From Cyanophora paradoxa CCMP329 (taxonomy: Eukaryota; Plantae; Glaucophyta), in the NCBI GenBank assembly GCA_004431415.1, contig QPMI01000553.1, forward strand, positions 124,001 to 188,000: a stretch of DNA of 64,000 bases, read 5' to 3'. This document shows positions 60,560 through 64,000 of the stretch, piece after piece (positions within the stretch are counted from its first letter, which is position 1; each line of letters starts with the position of its first letter). Made by a program: the position numbers and the translations under genes. Under the pieces are notes generated by a model. It had not been told where the DNA came from. It searched no databases and was given only the letters and a program-made list of their open reading frames with translations.

Positions 60560-63500
60560 ATGCCGCCGCAGAAGCGCAAGCAAGCAGATCTAGATGGAGA
60601 CGAAGGAGATCCGGTGCAGGCCGGCGCCGCTCCAGCACGCGCAGCGGGGCGAGCATCTTCTTCAGCGAAGCAACCGCGTCTCGCAGCGGTCCCTTCCGCG
60701 GGCACATCGAGCAGCGCTAGCTCCGCGCATTCGACTGCAGCCGGCGCCTCGGCGACCGCCGCGGCCAGAGTGAGCCTCGAGCAGCTTCCTGGTACGAGCG
60801 CGCGCGCCCCGCGCCCCGCGCGCCTTAGCTAACCATTTGATCTCGCAGACGACATTCTGATAGCCATCTACCGCGACATTGTGCGGTCGGAGGGCGTCTG
60901 CGGGCTCGTCCTGTCGTTGGGCGGCACGTCTCGCCGCCTCCGGACCCTCTGCTGGCAGGAGGCGTTCGTAGAAGAGCCTAGCATCGATATAGGGGCGAGT
61001 GCCGCCTCTGTTTCGAGTCCGATCAGCCCGCCCGCTGATCGTGACATGCTTCTCGCCTCGCAGTTCGGATCCAAGCACGCCCGAGTCCTGAAGTCGTGCT
61101 TCAGGCGCATGGGGAAGCACGTCCGTAAGCTGTGTCTCAGCGGCTTGTTCATGCCCGATCGCGACGCGAAGAAAACCCAGGATCTTGTCTTCAAGGTGCC
61201 CCGGCCCGGCCCGCGCCGGCCGGCGCCGCCACCCGGCCCAGGCCTAGCTCAGCGGCTGCCGCGCTGATGGAAGTCGCTGCCTGCCACGCAGCTGCTCTCG
61301 CTGACGCCGGGGCTCACGCACCTCTCGCTGGCGCACATGCGCGCGGGGGACGGCAACCCCGCGGCCAACATCGCCGACAAGAAATGGACGCCGGTGCGCG
61401 TACGCGTCCGCGAACCGCGCGCGCTTCCATCTTCTGACGTCGCGTTCGCTTCGCGCGTGCGCAGCTTGTCGTGCAGAAGCTGCCGAGTCTGAAGTCCCTG
61501 CACACGCTGAACCTCTCCGACATCGCCGTCTCCGCGGAGGCCCTGCACACTGCCGTCTCGTCCTCCGCCGCAACCCTCCAGCGGCTCTACCTCTGGTGCG
61601 CGCTCGCTCGCCCGCCCGCCATCGGCTCCCGCCTTTTTCCTCATGCTCACTCACTTTCGGCAGCAACACCCTCGTCGTCGGCACTTCGAAGCCCAAGAAC
61701 GACGACGCTCGCGGCCGCGGCAAAGGGCCGCTCCCGCACGCCGCTTCGGTCCTGCACCCCATCTTCCACGTGAAGTGCGCTGCTAGCGCTGCGCGTCCGG
61801 GGTCCGCTTTAGCCCTATAACCCGACGGCCCCGAAGGATGCCGCGTCTGCGCGCTCTGGACGTGTCGCACTCGATCGTGGACGCCGACCGGCTGACCGCG
61901 TTCGTGGACCGGCACCCGTCCCTGGCGGAGCTCTACGTCGTGCGCGCCGCCCTAATCTAATTGAAGCTTTCGCTAATCGAATTAAAGCTAATCAAAGCAT
62001 CGTGCTCTCATAATTAGAGCATTAATATTAAAACATCAGTAAAATCTAATTGAAGCTACGGGGCTCTCGCCCGCGTCCCGAATTAGAGCTTTTGATATTC
62101 TCGCTCACCGGCAATCGCGATCGCGATCGGGGCAGGCGCTCCCCCGCCGGCCCCCGACGTTGAAATCCCTGAGCAAGCTGGCGGCCGCGCATTGGGGCCG
62201 GTGCGCCGCTCGCGATCGGAGCCCCGAGCCGCTCGCGCGAAGCTGCCGCCTGCCCGTGACTCTAATCTGAACGCGGCCCTCTGTCGCAGGTTTCTGACGT
62301 TCGAGCGATTCGATGCGCCCTCTCGATTCCAGAGGCGGGCCGCGCTCGCCATCTTCGACGGCAGGCTGCTCCTCAAGGCACGCGTGCCGTGCCCGACCCG
62401 ACCGCGTGTTTAATTTTGTGGGCGGCGCACTTTTCCCTTCCGGATTCGAATTCGGCCTCACGGGCGCGGGTGCGGGCGCGCGCGCGCGCAGGCCAGTCAC
62501 GCGTGCTTCGGCAGCTGGTGGCAGCGGCCGAGCCCGGCCGAGCTGGACGCGGTCGCCGCCGCCCTCGCTCGCGTGCCCGGCGACGCGTGTGCGGGCGTCG
62601 AGGGCCGCGGCCCCGTGCACGAAGGGCGCACCCCTTTCCTCTGTGTGCCCGCTTTGCTCTGCATATTTGCTCTGCATCTTCGATTCTGATCGTGACCCGC
62701 CGACGTTAACAGCGGCGCTCATGAGGGAGAGGTTCGACCTCGCCCGGCGACTCAAGGAGATGGGGGCCGACCCGCTCGCCGTGTACGCCCCGTACCCCTT
62801 CATGGCCGCCAGCCCCGCCAAGCGCTGGGTGCGCGCCCCTCCAGCCCTCTCCCCCCCCTCCCCCCTCCCCCCCTTCACTCACTCACTCACTGCGCCCGTG
62901 ACGCAGGGGAGCCCCTTTCCCTTCTTCTCCTTCGAAACGCCTCCGTCGCTTTCGTATTTGGAACGGGATTACGGGTTCGGGCGCTCGACGGACTCGGCGC
63001 TGGCGGACGTGGCCGCGGGGGCGACGGCGCTGCACGTGCTGCAGCTGGCCCCGCGGTCACCGGCCGCGGTGCTGCTGGCCGCGGAAGAAGGCGGGGCGGA
63101 ACCGGAACTCTCTGCGGGCGAGGCGGCCGAGGTCTGGCACGCGGCCTCGGGCGCGGCGCCGGCGCACTGTCCGGCCCGTCTGAATCTGATGCGCGACTCG
63201 CGTGCGCACGTATGCGCAGCTGCTGCGGTCCTTGGGGCTCGCCCCCCTCGCGAACGCGCGGCGCCTGAACGAGCGGCCGCCCCTTCACGCGCACGCGGCC
63301 CGCGGCTCGGCGCGCGCGGTCTCCGTCCTCCTCTCCCTCGGCGCCGACCCCTTCCTCCAGGCGAGTCGGTCTTGTTGCATGAACTGCGTTCGAGCTCCCG
63401 CGCCGGCGCTCACGGTCAGCGGCCCGGCCCGCGCGCGCCGGCAGGACAAGCGCGGGGACAACGCCCTCTTCGTGGCGCTGGGCGCCTCGAGGGCGGATCG

Positions 63501-64000
63501 GATCGAGAGGGGCCGCATCGTCAGCGCGCTCCTCGAGCTCCATCCGGGCCTCGTCCGCACCAAGGGTGCGCGATCGCGAGCTCCGCCCTTCGCTTCGCCC
63601 CTGCTCGGGATCTGTTCGTCGGGCGGGCTCGAGCGACCCGGCTCCGCGCGCGCATGCCGCAGATGGGCAGGGCCGAGGCGTCCTCGGGCTCCTCGAGAGC
63701 GCGTCCGAGATCGACTCGCTGTCCTTCGAGGCGCTCTTGAACGCCGGGGCGTTCGCGGCCGGGGCCGGCGGGGCGACGGCGGCGCTGCGCCTGGCGGTCG
63801 CGAAGCTCAAGGCGTCTAAGGAGGGCCGCGTCGGGGCGCTCGTCGGGTCGCTCCTGCGGGACCACGGGGCCGACCCGAACGCCCGGGGCTACAGAGGCTC
63901 CACCCTGCTCATGGACGCGATCCGCTGCCGCAAGCACGAGGCGTGGCAGGCGCTGCTGGCGGCCCCGGGCCCGGGCGGCGTCGTCGACGTCGCGGTGCGC
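60560..64000 (+). CDS. F-box + leucine-rich repeat + ankyrin repeat protein (3' end outside window)
   Basis: SLEQLPDDILIAIY (F-box-like); LPSLKSLHTLNLS and LRALDVS (LRR-like); ankyrin-like GATALHVL, PPLHAHA...LLSLGADPFLQDKRGDNALFVAL and HGADPNARGYRGSTLLMDAI. It could be two adjacent genes. Confidence 0.65.

Noticed and set aside
1-64000. Hundreds of overlapping Arg/Pro/Gly/Ala-rich ORFs in the six-frame track, including long antisense ORFs (e.g. 50822-52270, 20514-21842)
   Set aside because: These are expected from stop-codon scarcity at very high GC. They are shadows of real intron-containing genes and show no independent motifs.

Overview
This is eukaryotic nuclear DNA: very GC-rich and gene-dense, with about 21 protein-coding genes broken by many short introns (mostly ~50-100 nt). 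The ORF track therefore shows only exon fragments and antisense shadows, and I rebuilt gene models by eye from motifs and splice sites. Gene order: MYND-finger gene (3' end), TIR-domain protein, DNA polymerase kappa, H2A.Z, WAPL, Tat-type plastid lumen protein, HIRA, F-box protein, DUF2358-like protein, polycystin channel fused to RyR repeats, ClpX lacking its ATPase core, membrane-anchored class I PDE, DnaJB, type II NADH dehydrogenase, DnaJ-type Zn-finger protein, GPR107/108-like protein, R2R3-MYB, UhpC-like transporter, COG5, ATG8, and an F-box/LRR/ankyrin gene running off the end. Transit peptides with Phe near the N-terminus and no signal peptide, plus a transit-peptide-bearing UhpC, suggest a primary-plastid alga, most likely a glaucophyte such as Cyanophora (inference). 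The main signals are: (1) at least 20 GC-AG introns with a G(T/C)GCGC donor consensus and a sense-strand intronic GTACCCC/poly-C signature; (2) intergenic spacers made of chained overlapping palindromes, including an exact 17-bp motif 113-114 nt upstream of two unrelated ATGs; (3) a putatively myristoylated stand-alone TIR protein; (4) the PKD2-RyR fusion; (5) the internally deleted ClpX. Gene boundaries are approximate, and several GC-rich exons appear to contain assembly indels.
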